Positions 7,726 through 15,697 of a stretch of DNA of 20,000 bases are shown here, piece after piece (the first letter of the stretch is position 1; each line of letters starts with the position of its first letter). The DNA is from an uncultured virus (IMG/VR IMGVR_UViG_3300020037_004263). Taxonomy: Duplodnaviria; Heunggongvirae; Uroviricota; Caudoviricetes. The notes beneath the pieces were generated by a model. That model was not told where the DNA came from and searched no databases. It saw only the letters and a list, made by a program, of their open reading frames with translations. Made by a program: the position numbers and the translations under genes. The stretch is from the IMG/VR virus record IMGVR_UViG_3300020037_004263, one strand, 5' to 3'.

Positions 7726-8318
7726 CAGACGTAGTCCTCGCTGTCACTACCCAGCGCTTCCTCGGGCTTCTTCGCGTACTCGGCGAAGTCGTCGGCCGTG
7801 GCGGGAGCCGAGCCGCCGCCGAAGCTGTCGCCGTCGCCGGCGAACATCACCCCGAGCAGCGAGCAGTTGACCCGGCGCCCGAAGCTGTTGTCCTGCGCCC
7901 AGATCTCGACCTGCGCGTGGACCTTGCAGCCGGCGTAGAGGATGCGTTCGATCTGGGAGAGATCGGTGATCTCGGTGCCGTAGGCGTCGACCGCCGTAGG
8001 CCGGGTCTTCGGGTTGCGCGTGCCGAGCGAATACTTGCCTTCGAAGCCGTCGTAGACCTTGCCGGTCTTGGTGCTCTTGTAAGGCAGCTTCGAGAAGGCG
8101 ACCTTCTTGTCCTCCACCAGCATGGCGAGGATGTCGGCGCCTTTGTCCTTCCACTGCTTCTTGGCGACGTCGAGCATCGCCGCGTCGAGCACCTTCACGT
8201 CCTTGTCGTCGGGGTCGATGATCAGCCGGGCGCCGTAGGCCGGCTCACCGTCGCCGATCGCCTGCGGCTTGGCCAGAGCGGGGAACGCCAGGCGCTTGTT
8301 CTTCAACATCAGTTTCAT
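7725..8318 (-). CDS. DUF2815 single-stranded DNA-binding protein
   Basis: RLAFPAL, LYAGCKV, WAQDNSFGRRVNCSLLGVMFAGDGDSFGG, acidic tail; downstream of DUF2800. Confidence 0.88.
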   Translation of the reverse strand: MKLMLKNKRLAFPALAKPQAIGDGEPAYGARLIIDPDDKDVKVLDAAMLDVAKKQWKDKGADILAMLVEDKKVAFSKLPYKSTKTGKVYDGFEGKYSLGTRNPKTRPTAVDAYGTEITDLSQIERILYAGCKVHAQVEIWAQDNSFGRRVNCSLLGVMFAGDGDSFGGGSAPATADDFAEYAKKPEEALGSDSEDYV

Positions 8319-8322
8319 ATCG

Positions 8323-9579
8323 CTATTCCTCTACGTCATCAGTGGCGAGCGCACGGAACTTCTCCGCGACGTCGGTGGCCAGCGAAGGCCGGGGGTCGGT
8401 GGCCGGAGCCACGGACGGCTTGCCGTCGGCGCGGGTGACGAAGGCGTTGACCTTCTCCCAGCGCTTCGGGGTCGGCTTGAGCAGCTTCTCGGCCTTGGTC
8501 GGACTGATCAGCTTCATGTCGTACATGTCGTCGACCTTCAGCCGGAACGACTTCTTGAGCATGTCCTCGACCTGTGCCTCGTCGGTCCATGCCCGGTTCC
8601 CGGCGCGGCCGGCGACGAGCTTGAAGCCCTCGACCGGCTTGCCGTCGGCCAGCAGTCGGAAGACCTCGGCGCGGACCGCCTTGCACCATTGCTCGACCAG
8701 CTCCACCTTCGACATGGCGATGGCGAGGTAGTTGTCGCCGGTGGTCTCATCGACTTCCATCGGGGCGAAGGCTGCGAACTCCTCGACGGTCGCGGGCGAG
8801 AACACCTCGCCGGACGTGGCGAGCATCATCTCCTCGCGCAGCGCGGGACAGACCGCCTTGGCGCGACAAAATCTGCAACCCTTCGCAGAAGGCTGCAAAT
8901 AGGCCAACAGCGCTTCGTCATCGGGCGCAAACTGTCGTGCTTCATGTGTTTTAGCAGCGCAGATTTTGACCTTTTCGCCAAACTCGCGTAGCTGTGTGAC
9001 CGGGATAGTCCATTCGCTAAAGTTTCCTTTTCGCGGCTGGTCGATCGCCAGAGTGATCGTCTCGAAGTCCGCAAACACACCGTAGTGGTCGACAGCGCAC
9101 AGCCCGTAAATCTGGGTCTGTTCATCCTCCTCGGCGTCGACCTCGACGCCTTGACCGTATTTCAAATCCTTGATCTTGAGCCAGCCATCGCCGATAACCA
9201 CGACATCCGATATCGCAACTCCGTTATCTTCGCCTGTGAGATGCCCCCGCGGCATCTTCTGCTCTACAAGCAGCGTGCCGCCCTTGGCAAAAGCCCTGAC
9301 GCGCTCGCAGTAGCCTTTGACGTACTCAACCATCTCTCCCGAGACAGTGAAAGTCGAACCATCCTCGAAAGTCCAACGCTCCCCGACGTATTCGTCGAGA
9401 TGCCAGCCGTCGCGGAGGTGCCCCGCAGCTAACTCGTGGGCTAGATTACCTTCGTTCGCGTAGATAGAACTTGTGTTTGGGAACTGACTCTCCAAGACGA
9501 CGCTGCCTGGGCACGTCATCCAGCGCGCCGCGCTGGATGGCGAAAGGCGCACTGGGTGTTTACCGTTCGGTGCTGACAC
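8323..9579 (-). CDS. DUF2800 Cas4-like PD-(D/E)XK exonuclease with Fe-S cysteines
   Basis: RLSPSSAARWMTCPGS, EGNLAHELA, SD...DLKYGQG, QIY, CRFCRAKAVC, GFKLVAGR; AGGGAG RBS 7 nt before GTG 9579. Confidence 0.9.
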   Translation of the reverse strand: MSAPNGKHPVRLSPSSAARWMTCPGSVVLESQFPNTSSIYANEGNLAHELAAGHLRDGWHLDEYVGERWTFEDGSTFTVSGEMVEYVKGYCERVRAFAKGGTLLVEQKMPRGHLTGEDNGVAISDVVVIGDGWLKIKDLKYGQGVEVDAEEDEQTQIYGLCAVDHYGVFADFETITLAIDQPRKGNFSEWTIPVTQLREFGEKVKICAAKTHEARQFAPDDEALLAYLQPSAKGCRFCRAKAVCPALREEMMLATSGEVFSPATVEEFAAFAPMEVDETTGDNYLAIAMSKVELVEQWCKAVRAEVFRLLADGKPVEGFKLVAGRAGNRAWTDEAQVEDMLKKSFRLKVDDMYDMKLISPTKAEKLLKPTPKRWEKVNAFVTRADGKPSVAPATDPRPSLATDVAEKFRALATDDVEE

Positions 9580-9700
9580 GTTCAAACTCCCTGTACGCAG
9601 CCTCTCGCGCTGCGGCTGCTGATTCGGCGGTCGGAAAGCTGCCGGCGCAGGCCATCCATCTCGCTGCGCCGGAGGGTGATAGACGGGCGTGGACGCTCAT
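9560..9700 (-). pseudogene. 46-aa chimeric stub: duplicated DUF2800 N-terminus fused to an AP2-domain-like fragment
   Basis: MSVHARLSPSGAARWMACAGS followed by FPTAESAAAAREAAYREF; ATG overlaps NADAR stop; GAGGAG RBS. Confidence 0.7.
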
Positions 9701-10140
9701 TGTTCGGGCTCCTCTTCGGTTTGCAGGCGCTCCCGGAGGGCCATAAGCAACCGACCGAGGTGATTGTCGCCTTTGCCGTTGCAAACACCCCAGAAGGTAT
9801 CGCCCCACTTGTTGCCTTCGACCAGATCGGCGGTGCCGGTTGCGATGAGTTTGTTTTTGAGTCCCGGATTGGTGAATTTCTGCGCCAGTAGGTTTTCCAT
9901 CACCGTCAGTTTCACGTCGTCCCAGTCGGGGCGGAGAACCGCGCGCCGCCCAAGGCGTTTGGCGTCGCCGGGCTTGGCGCAGTCGCTAACTTTCCAGCGA
10001 AAATCCGGGTCCAAACTCTTAGCGGCTACGTAGGCGTGCTCCACCGAAGGATAGCAAATTCCGTCGAGCATAACGGTCGCAGGCCAGAAGTTGGAAAGCC
10101 AACGGTACTCGCCTTGGAACTGTGCGATCGGCTCGGGCAT
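9697..10140 (-). CDS. NADAR family (YbiA-like) hydrolase
   Basis: WLSNFW, YPSVEHAYVAAK, AKRLGR, DWDDVK, QKF, LVEGNKWGDTFWG, GDNHLGRLLM; ATG 10140 overlaps upstream TGA. Confidence 0.93.
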   Translation of the reverse strand: MPEPIAQFQGEYRWLSNFWPATVMLDGICYPSVEHAYVAAKSLDPDFRWKVSDCAKPGDAKRLGRRAVLRPDWDDVKLTVMENLLAQKFTNPGLKNKLIATGTADLVEGNKWGDTFWGVCNGKGDNHLGRLLMALRERLQTEEEPEQ

Positions 10141-10679
10141 CACGCAACGACCGCTGCGTCGAGAGCATCCTGCAGCGCATCGCGCAGCTCGGGCCGACGC
10201 TCCTCGGGCACCTGGGTCGCGCGAGCGACACCGAACTGCTCGAGAACGGCCTCGATGCCGGGCTTGCCGCACTTGTCGACGACCTTGAGGGTCAGTTCGC
10301 GGATGTCCTCGATCGTGACCTCGTCAGAAGGGGATACATCCGTCTCGGCAGTCTGGCCACTGTCGGAGGTCTGCGACGTATCGTCCTGTGCAGTAGCCGG
10401 GTCCGACGATGCTGCTGTGCCCTCGTTCACAGAGGCGTTTCCCTCCGGCTCCTTCTCGGCCTTCGGCTTGCGCGGCGTGCGCGTTGGGGCGGGTTTGTCG
10501 GCCGCAGCCGCGGCATCGGCGTCGCGCACTTCTTGCATGACGGGATCGCGTTCGGTTAGCAGCATGGAGCCTTTGAGAACATCGTGGACGAACGATGTGT
10601 TGGCAGTCGTGCCGAGCAGCGCCTGAAGCTGCTTGCGCAGGTCGGCACCGTCGGTTGCTTCGATCTTCAGTTTGATCAC
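10140..10679 (-). CDS. conserved phage protein with acidic disordered linker and C-terminal helical domain
   Basis: GAGGAG RBS, GTG start; C-terminal VTIEDIR...VLEQFGVARATQVPEE pattern typical of the gene preceding DUF2800. Confidence 0.75.
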   Translation of the reverse strand: MIKLKIEATDGADLRKQLQALLGTTANTSFVHDVLKGSMLLTERDPVMQEVRDADAAAAADKPAPTRTPRKPKAEKEPEGNASVNEGTAASSDPATAQDDTSQTSDSGQTAETDVSPSDEVTIEDIRELTLKVVDKCGKPGIEAVLEQFGVARATQVPEERRPELRDALQDALDAAVVA

Positions 10680-10698
10680 GTAGTTTTCTCCTCAGTTG

Positions 10699-10851
10699 TT
10701 AGATTAGGTTGGCGTAGTGAAGCGCCGCGAACAGCAGCGTGAAACTGAGGGCGGCGAGACCGACTGCGGAACCAGTATCGCGATCCCTGACGAAAGCTAA
10801 CGCGAGCATGAAGGTGAAACCCGACGCCCATGCGGTGCCGAGCACGCTCAT
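10699..10851 (-). CDS. 50-aa membrane protein with two predicted helices
   Basis: MSVLGTAWASGFTFMLALAFVRDRDTGSAVGLAALSFTLLFAALHYANLI; ATGA coupling at 10848-10851. Confidence 0.65.
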   Translation of the reverse strand: MSVLGTAWASGFTFMLALAFVRDRDTGSAVGLAALSFTLLFAALHYANLI

Positions 10852-11096
10852 CGCACCATGCCCTTGTAAGCCGCAGCCAGTTGCTCCTCCAGATCGACGA
10901 TCCGCAGAGCCTGCTCGTTGAGATGCTGGAGCATCAGCTCCTCGGCGCGGTCGTACTCGTCGTACAGCGCCTCGTGCGCGGCGATGGCTTCCTCGCTGTC
11001 CCACGGGATCGTGCCGTCGAACGCTTTGTCGTAGGCCGCGCGCTCGAAGCGGCGCAGACGGCGGATGCCGAGACGGTCGGGGACGACAGTGGTCAT
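10848..11096 (-). CDS. hypothetical protein with coiled-coil C-terminus
   Basis: ATGA coupling at both ends; typical codon usage. Confidence 0.7.
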   Translation of the reverse strand: MTTVVPDRLGIRRLRRFERAAYDKAFDGTIPWDSEEAIAAHEALYDEYDRAEELMLQHLNEQALRIVDLEEQLAAAYKGMVR

Positions 11097-11437
11097 TCGC
11101 CGACGCCTTCGCTGAGCGCCAGCGCGGCGCGTGCTGCTTTCACTCGGCTGTCGGTTTGGAAGAAAGTGTCGGGCATCGCCAGCTCAGCGACTTCCAGAAG
11201 ACCCAACAGCGCGCTGCGCAGTTCCGGTGCCGAAGCGGCGAGGAAGATGTCGCTCTCTTCACCGGTGAGATGCCAGCCGGTCCAGTGGTTGTGATCGGTG
11301 GAGATGGGACCGAAGCCGTCGGAGGTGCGCCACAGCGCGTCGCCGACCTTAATCTTGCGACCTTCCGTTTTGGCGAAGGCAACGTCATCGGCGTTAGCCA
11401 GACACTCGCGCCAGTCGATCGGCCAAACCCTATCCAT
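11093..11437 (-). CDS. hypothetical protein
   Basis: AGGAGGT RBS; FLAASAPELRSAL...ARAALA pattern common in phage early proteins. Confidence 0.75.
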   Translation of the reverse strand: MDRVWPIDWRECLANADDVAFAKTEGRKIKVGDALWRTSDGFGPISTDHNHWTGWHLTGEESDIFLAASAPELRSALLGLLEVAELAMPDTFFQTDSRVKAARAALALSEGVGE

Positions 11438-11477
11438 ATCCGATACCTCCTATCCGCAAATCTCTATCTTGAAACAG

Positions 11478-11506
11478 AGCTTAAACCAACCGCTTTAGGG
11501 CGTCAA
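11478..11506 (-). promoter_or_regulatory. sigma70-type promoter for the recombination/replication gene block
   Basis: TTGACG (11506-11501), 17 nt spacer, TAAGCT (11483-11478); intergenic, upstream of a strong RBS. Confidence 0.75.
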
Positions 11507-11511
11507 CCCTC

Positions 11512-13575
11512 TTACGAACAAAAAATCACTTTTCCACGATCGATCATCAGCACGGCGTCGCGCCGCTTGGCAAGCGATTGAATAGCCCGGTTAATCTCGA
11601 ACCGGCGGACATCGCGCTTGCCCTCTTCGGGTGAAGGAGCAGCCGCGATGCAGGCTTCCAGGAACTTGTAGTAGTCACAATCCGCATCGCTCGCGTAGAC
11701 GCTCTCCATCACTTCGAGCACATGCCGCTCGTGCTTGCCGTAGCGCACCACGGACCGCGCAGCAGGACCGTCGTCAGTCTCCTGCGCAGCAAGCTCCGCG
11801 GGCACGACCACGAGGCTCTCGAGCGGATCGCCGTCAGGATCGAACCCGAGGCTGATGGTCTCCAGCTTAAAGCCGAAGCGCTCCCCGTCCTTGCCGTCCT
11901 TCATCTTCTCGACGTGGATCTCGCGCTGGCCGTCGTCGTGCTTGATAATCTCGATCTGGGCAGCGGCAGCGCCCTTGATCCCCGACCAGCCGCGCGAGCC
12001 TTTGGAGGCATCCTTGCCGGTGTGGTGGATCAGGACGACGGTGGCGCCCGTCACCTCGGAGACGACCTGCGCGTTACGCAGCGCCGGTCCCATGTCCTCA
12101 CCCGCATTCTCGTTGGCGCCCGGCGTGACCTGCGCGAAGGTGTCGATGATTACGAGGACGACATTGCCGATGGCTGCGATCGTCTTGATGATCTCGCCGA
12201 TATCCCCTTTGTCGAGGAAGTTGGGCGCCGCGGTAACGAACGCGATGTCGATGCTCGCCGGATCAAGGTCATACTTACGGGCGTAGGCCCGGACGCGCTG
12301 CGGCGCACCGCCCGAGCCTTCGGCCATGACGATCAGGACGCGGCCCTGCTTGACCTTACGTCCGTACCAGTCGGCGCCGCGCGCCACTGAGGCGGCGATG
12401 TCGGTCGCCACAAAGCTCTTGCCGCTGCCCGAGGGGCCGAACACGATGATCGGATCAGTACCCTTCGGCACGATCCCCTTGACCAGCCAGTCGATCGGCG
12501 GGCGCGTGGCGATCTCGGCGGCGCTGTAGGCCCTGAACTTGCCGTCGAAGCCGTCAGGTGTGCGCGGGCCGCTGTCGGCCTCCGTGGTGGCTGTGACGGC
12601 CAGAGCGCGCAGATCGTCGAGGTTAAGGTCGCTCGCCTCCTGCGCCATCTTGATGACGCTGGCCATCGTGACCTGGCGCTGGCCGGGACCGGCCCTGCGG
12701 GTCATCGACTCCCACTGGCCGCGCAGCGCTTCCTCGCCGGGGTACTTGGCCCCCTGCTGCGACCATTCGTCCCAGATCGCGAAGCCGGTGTCGTCGCCCT
12801 CGGTTTCGTGGTGAACGGCCATGCCGACCCGGATCCAGTCGTCGCGGCCGAGATCGGGGTCTAGAGTGCTTAGAAGCTCCTCCATGCGCTCGACGGTCAG
12901 ACCAAGGCGCGGCTCGCGCCCAGCCATGAAATCTTGGGGGTCTATCTCCTTGGGAGCGGCACTGCCGAAGCGCTTCTCGCACAGCGCCTTGACCGCCGGC
13001 GTCACCGGTGCGACCACGTCCTCCAGTTCCAGCAGCTCGACATGCGGCAGCCGGTTGCCGGTGACGGTGCAGAAGCCAGACGAAGAGAAGGTCTCGAACC
13101 CCCAGCCGAAGTCCTTGGCGTGCGTCTTACGGTTGCCGAGATCGCCGCGCATGAAAGCGCGGATGCCTTGGCCCGACGGGCTGTACTCGCAGAAGGTATC
13201 CTTGACGACGGCCATGACCTCGGCAGGCATGTGGCCGTCGGCATCCAGACAGAAATCGAAGTCGAGCGCGACGATGCCGAACTCGGCGAGCGGCGCGAAG
13301 CCGACACCGTCGAAGCCGAGGCGCTGCGCCGCGGCGACAGCGGCCGGGAACGTCACCAGCTTCGCTGCGTCCTCTGGACCGCCCTGCTTGCCGTGGCGGC
13401 GACCGCCCGAGGCGTACATCGGCACCTTGCGCGGCTTGGACTCGCCCTCAATCTGCTCGCTACGCCAGCACAACCACGCCGGCAGCACGCGGAGCTCGGC
13501 TGGTGCCGTGATGAACTTGTGCTCGGGTACGATCTTGGCCACGTTGTTCACAACCGGGGCCTGCTCGTCCGGCAT
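11512..13575 (-). CDS. primase-helicase: prim-pol-like N-terminus, PriCT-2, AAA_25/RepA-like helicase
   Basis: GVGF, IVALDFD, EYSPSGQGIR; DDWIRVGMAVH...IWDEWS..GAKY (PriCT-2); Walker A GPSGSGKS, Walker B VIIDT, LIHHTGKD, RGWSG. Confidence 0.92.
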   Translation of the reverse strand: MPDEQAPVVNNVAKIVPEHKFITAPAELRVLPAWLCWRSEQIEGESKPRKVPMYASGGRRHGKQGGPEDAAKLVTFPAAVAAAQRLGFDGVGFAPLAEFGIVALDFDFCLDADGHMPAEVMAVVKDTFCEYSPSGQGIRAFMRGDLGNRKTHAKDFGWGFETFSSSGFCTVTGNRLPHVELLELEDVVAPVTPAVKALCEKRFGSAAPKEIDPQDFMAGREPRLGLTVERMEELLSTLDPDLGRDDWIRVGMAVHHETEGDDTGFAIWDEWSQQGAKYPGEEALRGQWESMTRRAGPGQRQVTMASVIKMAQEASDLNLDDLRALAVTATTEADSGPRTPDGFDGKFRAYSAAEIATRPPIDWLVKGIVPKGTDPIIVFGPSGSGKSFVATDIAASVARGADWYGRKVKQGRVLIVMAEGSGGAPQRVRAYARKYDLDPASIDIAFVTAAPNFLDKGDIGEIIKTIAAIGNVVLVIIDTFAQVTPGANENAGEDMGPALRNAQVVSEVTGATVVLIHHTGKDASKGSRGWSGIKGAAAAQIEIIKHDDGQREIHVEKMKDGKDGERFGFKLETISLGFDPDGDPLESLVVVPAELAAQETDDGPAARSVVRYGKHERHVLEVMESVYASDADCDYYKFLEACIAAAPSPEEGKRDVRRFEINRAIQSLAKRRDAVLMIDRGKVIFCS

Positions 13576-13576
13576 G

Positions 13577-14845
13577 TCATACGACTTCCAGCGCGTCGAT
13601 CGAGACCATCACGCTTTCGACGAAGCCTTTCGTGACTTCCGCGTTGACCGCATTACCGTAGCCCCGCAGAAGCCCCATTCGATTGGCAATCCCATTAGCC
13701 AGCGGGAATGAGCCGGATTCAACGGCGCGCCACGCTGGCTCTCCGTCAGGATTTCGGCACAGCAGCCAGTCTGCATCTCGCCAGAAGCCGTTAACCGGCC
13801 CCGGATCGCGAACTGCAAGTCTTTCACTGCTGCTACCGACGACACGAACCGGTTGTTCCCGGCTTGGTGCCCGTTCGCGTTCACCGGACACGTTGGTGTT
13901 TGCCACGCTACCAGCTGCACCGCCAGCGAGCAGTGCGTCACCGCCCCCGCGCCCATCTGGATGCCCCGCGCGACGCACGCTTTCTTGCGTGCCAAGTGCT
14001 GCTCCGGCGTCCCTCCCGGCTCTGCTGCTGGCGTCGGCCAAGCGCTCAGCCACGCCTGACGGCCCAGCAGGCAGTTGATCGGTACGTTCGGGCACTCCGT
14101 CCCGTCCTTGTAGTCGCGGGTGGTGGGCCACGCCGCTAGCTTCGCTACCGGGTTGAGCGCCACTGTCGCCTTGCTCCCGTCGGGCCGCTTGCCCGTCGCG
14201 CTGGCGTCCTTCGCCATCTGCGAGCCCGATGCGTTCCCGACAGTCGGAGACGGCCAGAAGGCCAGTGCTGCTGCTGCTGGCAGCCGGTCCGCGCCCTGCG
14301 ACGGACCTCCGTGCGGGCCGTCCTGCTGGCACGGTGTCGGCCAGCCATGCAAAATAGAGACGTTGACGGATGTGCGGCGCCCCGAAGCCCGCAGAGCAGA
14401 GATCGAGCGCCCCTCCGGCGTAACCCGCGCCTTCCATGTCAGCTTGTACAAGGTCGAGCCAAGCAAGTCCGTCCTTGCTCGCAACCTGCTCTCCAAGAAC
14501 GACAGGAAATCGGCGCTCCGAGATGAGATGGTAGAACGCCGGCCAAAGGTGCCGCTCGTCGTCGAACCCGCCTCGGCCGCCTGCCGCGCTGAAAGGTTGG
14601 CACGGGCAGGACCCGGTCGTGACGGGTCTGTCGTCGGGCCATCCGGCCCGGCGCAAGGCGTAGGACCAGACTCCGATTCCGGCGAAGAAATGGTGCTGAG
14701 CGTAGCCGTCGATGTCGCTTGGTCGAACGTCACGAATGTCCCTTTCGTCGACATCGCCCGGTGCGATGTGGCCTGCGTCTATCAGATTGCGTAGCCAGGC
14801 CGCGGCGAACGGATCATGCTCGTTGTAGTAGGCGCACTTCTCCAC
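13577..14845 (-). CDS. C5-cytosine DNA methyltransferase, alpha polypeptide (motifs I-VIII and X)
   Basis: FFAGIG (I), GSCPCQPFS (IV), GEQV (VI), APHIRQRL (VIII), LRGYGNAV (X); no motif IX visible in this frame. Confidence 0.9.
   Translation of the reverse strand: MEKCAYYNEHDPFAAAWLRNLIDAGHIAPGDVDERDIRDVRPSDIDGYAQHHFFAGIGVWSYALRRAGWPDDRPVTTGSCPCQPFSAAGGRGGFDDERHLWPAFYHLISERRFPVVLGEQVASKDGLAWLDLVQADMEGAGYAGGALDLCSAGFGAPHIRQRLYFAWLADTVPAGRPARRSVAGRGPAASSSSTGLLAVSDCRERIGLADGEGRQRDGQAARREQGDSGAQPGSEASGVAHHPRLQGRDGVPERTDQLPAGPSGVAERLADASSRAGRDAGAALGTQESVRRAGHPDGRGGGDALLAGGAAGSVANTNVSGERERAPSREQPVRVVGSSSERLAVRDPGPVNGFWRDADWLLCRNPDGEPAWRAVESGSFPLANGIANRMGLLRGYGNAVNAEVTKGFVESVMVSIDALEVV
13609..14754 (-). 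CDS. nested +1-frame beta polypeptide of the C5 methyltransferase (motif IX and five WPTP modules); start uncertain
   Basis: 381 codons without a stop inside the alpha gene; [16 protein letters not shown] (motif IX-like); repeats WPTP/WPSP/WPTT/WPTP/WQTP. Confidence 0.8.
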   Translation of the reverse strand: MSTKGTFVTFDQATSTATLSTISSPESESGPTPCAGPDGPTTDPSRPGPARANLSARQAAEAGSTTSGTFGRRSTISSRSADFLSFLESRLRARTDLLGSTLYKLTWKARVTPEGRSISALRASGRRTSVNVSILHGWPTPCQQDGPHGGPSQGADRLPAAAALAFWPSPTVGNASGSQMAKDASATGKRPDGSKATVALNPVAKLAAWPTTRDYKDGTECPNVPINCLLGRQAWLSAWPTPAAEPGGTPEQHLARKKACVARGIQMGAGAVTHCSLAVQLVAWQTPTCPVNANGHQAGNNRFVSSVAAVKDLQFAIRGRLTASGEMQTGCCAEILTESQRGAPLNPAHSRWLMGLPIEWGFCGATVMRSTRKSRKASSKA

Positions 14846-14869
14846 AACCTCATCCCCCGCCGTTAAAAC

Positions 14870-15109
14870 CTAGTTGTCGATCGGCTCGCCGACCAGCGCC
14901 CTGAGCGACGGCTTGACCAGCAAAGCGCGGTCTACTCCGTAAAGTTCTTCAACCTCGAGCGCGCGCTGCGGAGGCAGCCACCCCCTCCGGACCCACTCGC
15001 CGACGGCCTGGACCGAGACGCCGAGATGCCGGGCGAAAGCGGAGCGTGCGCGCAGCGGGTTGCCGCAGGCTTCGCCCGCCTTCAGGATCGCTTGCTCGAT
15101 GCCGGTCAT
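14870..15109 (-). CDS. Cro/YdaS-like HTH transcriptional regulator
   Basis: RSAFARHLGVSVQAVGEWVRRGWLPPQRALEVE; immediately upstream of replication genes. Confidence 0.85.
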   Translation of the reverse strand: MTGIEQAILKAGEACGNPLRARSAFARHLGVSVQAVGEWVRRGWLPPQRALEVEELYGVDRALLVKPSLRALVGEPIDN

Positions 15110-15144
15110 GTCTGAGTGGTCTCCGTAAATTGCGTCATGGCTTG

Positions 15145-15173
15145 CAAGTATCAGGTTTAAGGTCGGGGTTCAA
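15145..15173 (-). promoter_or_regulatory. possible promoter for the cro-like gene
   Basis: TTGAAC (15173-15168), 17 nt, TACTTG; flanked by inverted repeat TGGCTTG/CAAGCCA. Confidence 0.45.
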
Positions 15174-15697
15174 GCCAGGTTCCACCGCCCTACCCACCTC
15201 ATTCGCCGCGAACATGTTCCCGTAGTCTGGCTCCGGCACTCGTCACAAACGAAATTGTTGTTTTCGATCACGTCCACGCACACAAAAGACATCCGGGTTT
15301 GAGTGGCATCCTTCCCGCACGCGGAGCAAACCGCCATGGGGTTGAAGTGCTCACCAACATACCGGTACTCTCGCTTCACTGCGCCTAGAGCGCGGATGGC
15401 TGCTGCGATGCGATCGGCATCTAGAGCACGCATGGCGTCTTGCTGGTTCCACTCTTCGTTCAGGACGCTTGGATTGCGCCGCCAGCCTTCCGCAACTTCG
15501 GTGGCCACCTTCGCGCTCGCCTCCACGCCTTGCTGGAAGCCTAGCTCGCGGTGGGCGGCGAAGGCGTGAGTTACAGGATAGACGTCAGCAGCTCCAGCAA
15601 GCCATTTGGATTTCGCTTCCAGTTTAGGCTTGTTGTGAAACTCCACCGGAGCAAACGCCCACGCCGCCAAACGATCCGCAAGCGTAACCTCAACCAT
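15170..15697 (-). CDS. hypothetical protein with C-terminal CxxC...CxxC
   Basis: GGAGG RBS before ATG 15697; CSAC and CDEC. Confidence 0.7.
   Translation of the reverse strand: MVEVTLADRLAAWAFAPVEFHNKPKLEAKSKWLAGAADVYPVTHAFAAHRELGFQQGVEASAKVATEVAEGWRRNPSVLNEEWNQQDAMRALDADRIAAAIRALGAVKREYRYVGEHFNPMAVCSACGKDATQTRMSFVCVDVIENNNFVCDECRSQTTGTCSRRMRWVGRWNLA

Noticed and set aside
8323..9579. Cas4-like gene as part of a CRISPR system
   Set aside because: No array or other cas genes; standard DUF2800-DUF2815-PolA phage module
9500..9700. Duplicated segment as a DGR template/variable repeat pair
   Set aside because: Differences are not adenine-specific, the repeat is short and N-terminal, and no reverse transcriptase is in the window
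11481..11495. CtrA box (TTAA-N7-TTAA) in the promoter
   Set aside because: Second half-site reads GCTT, not TTAA
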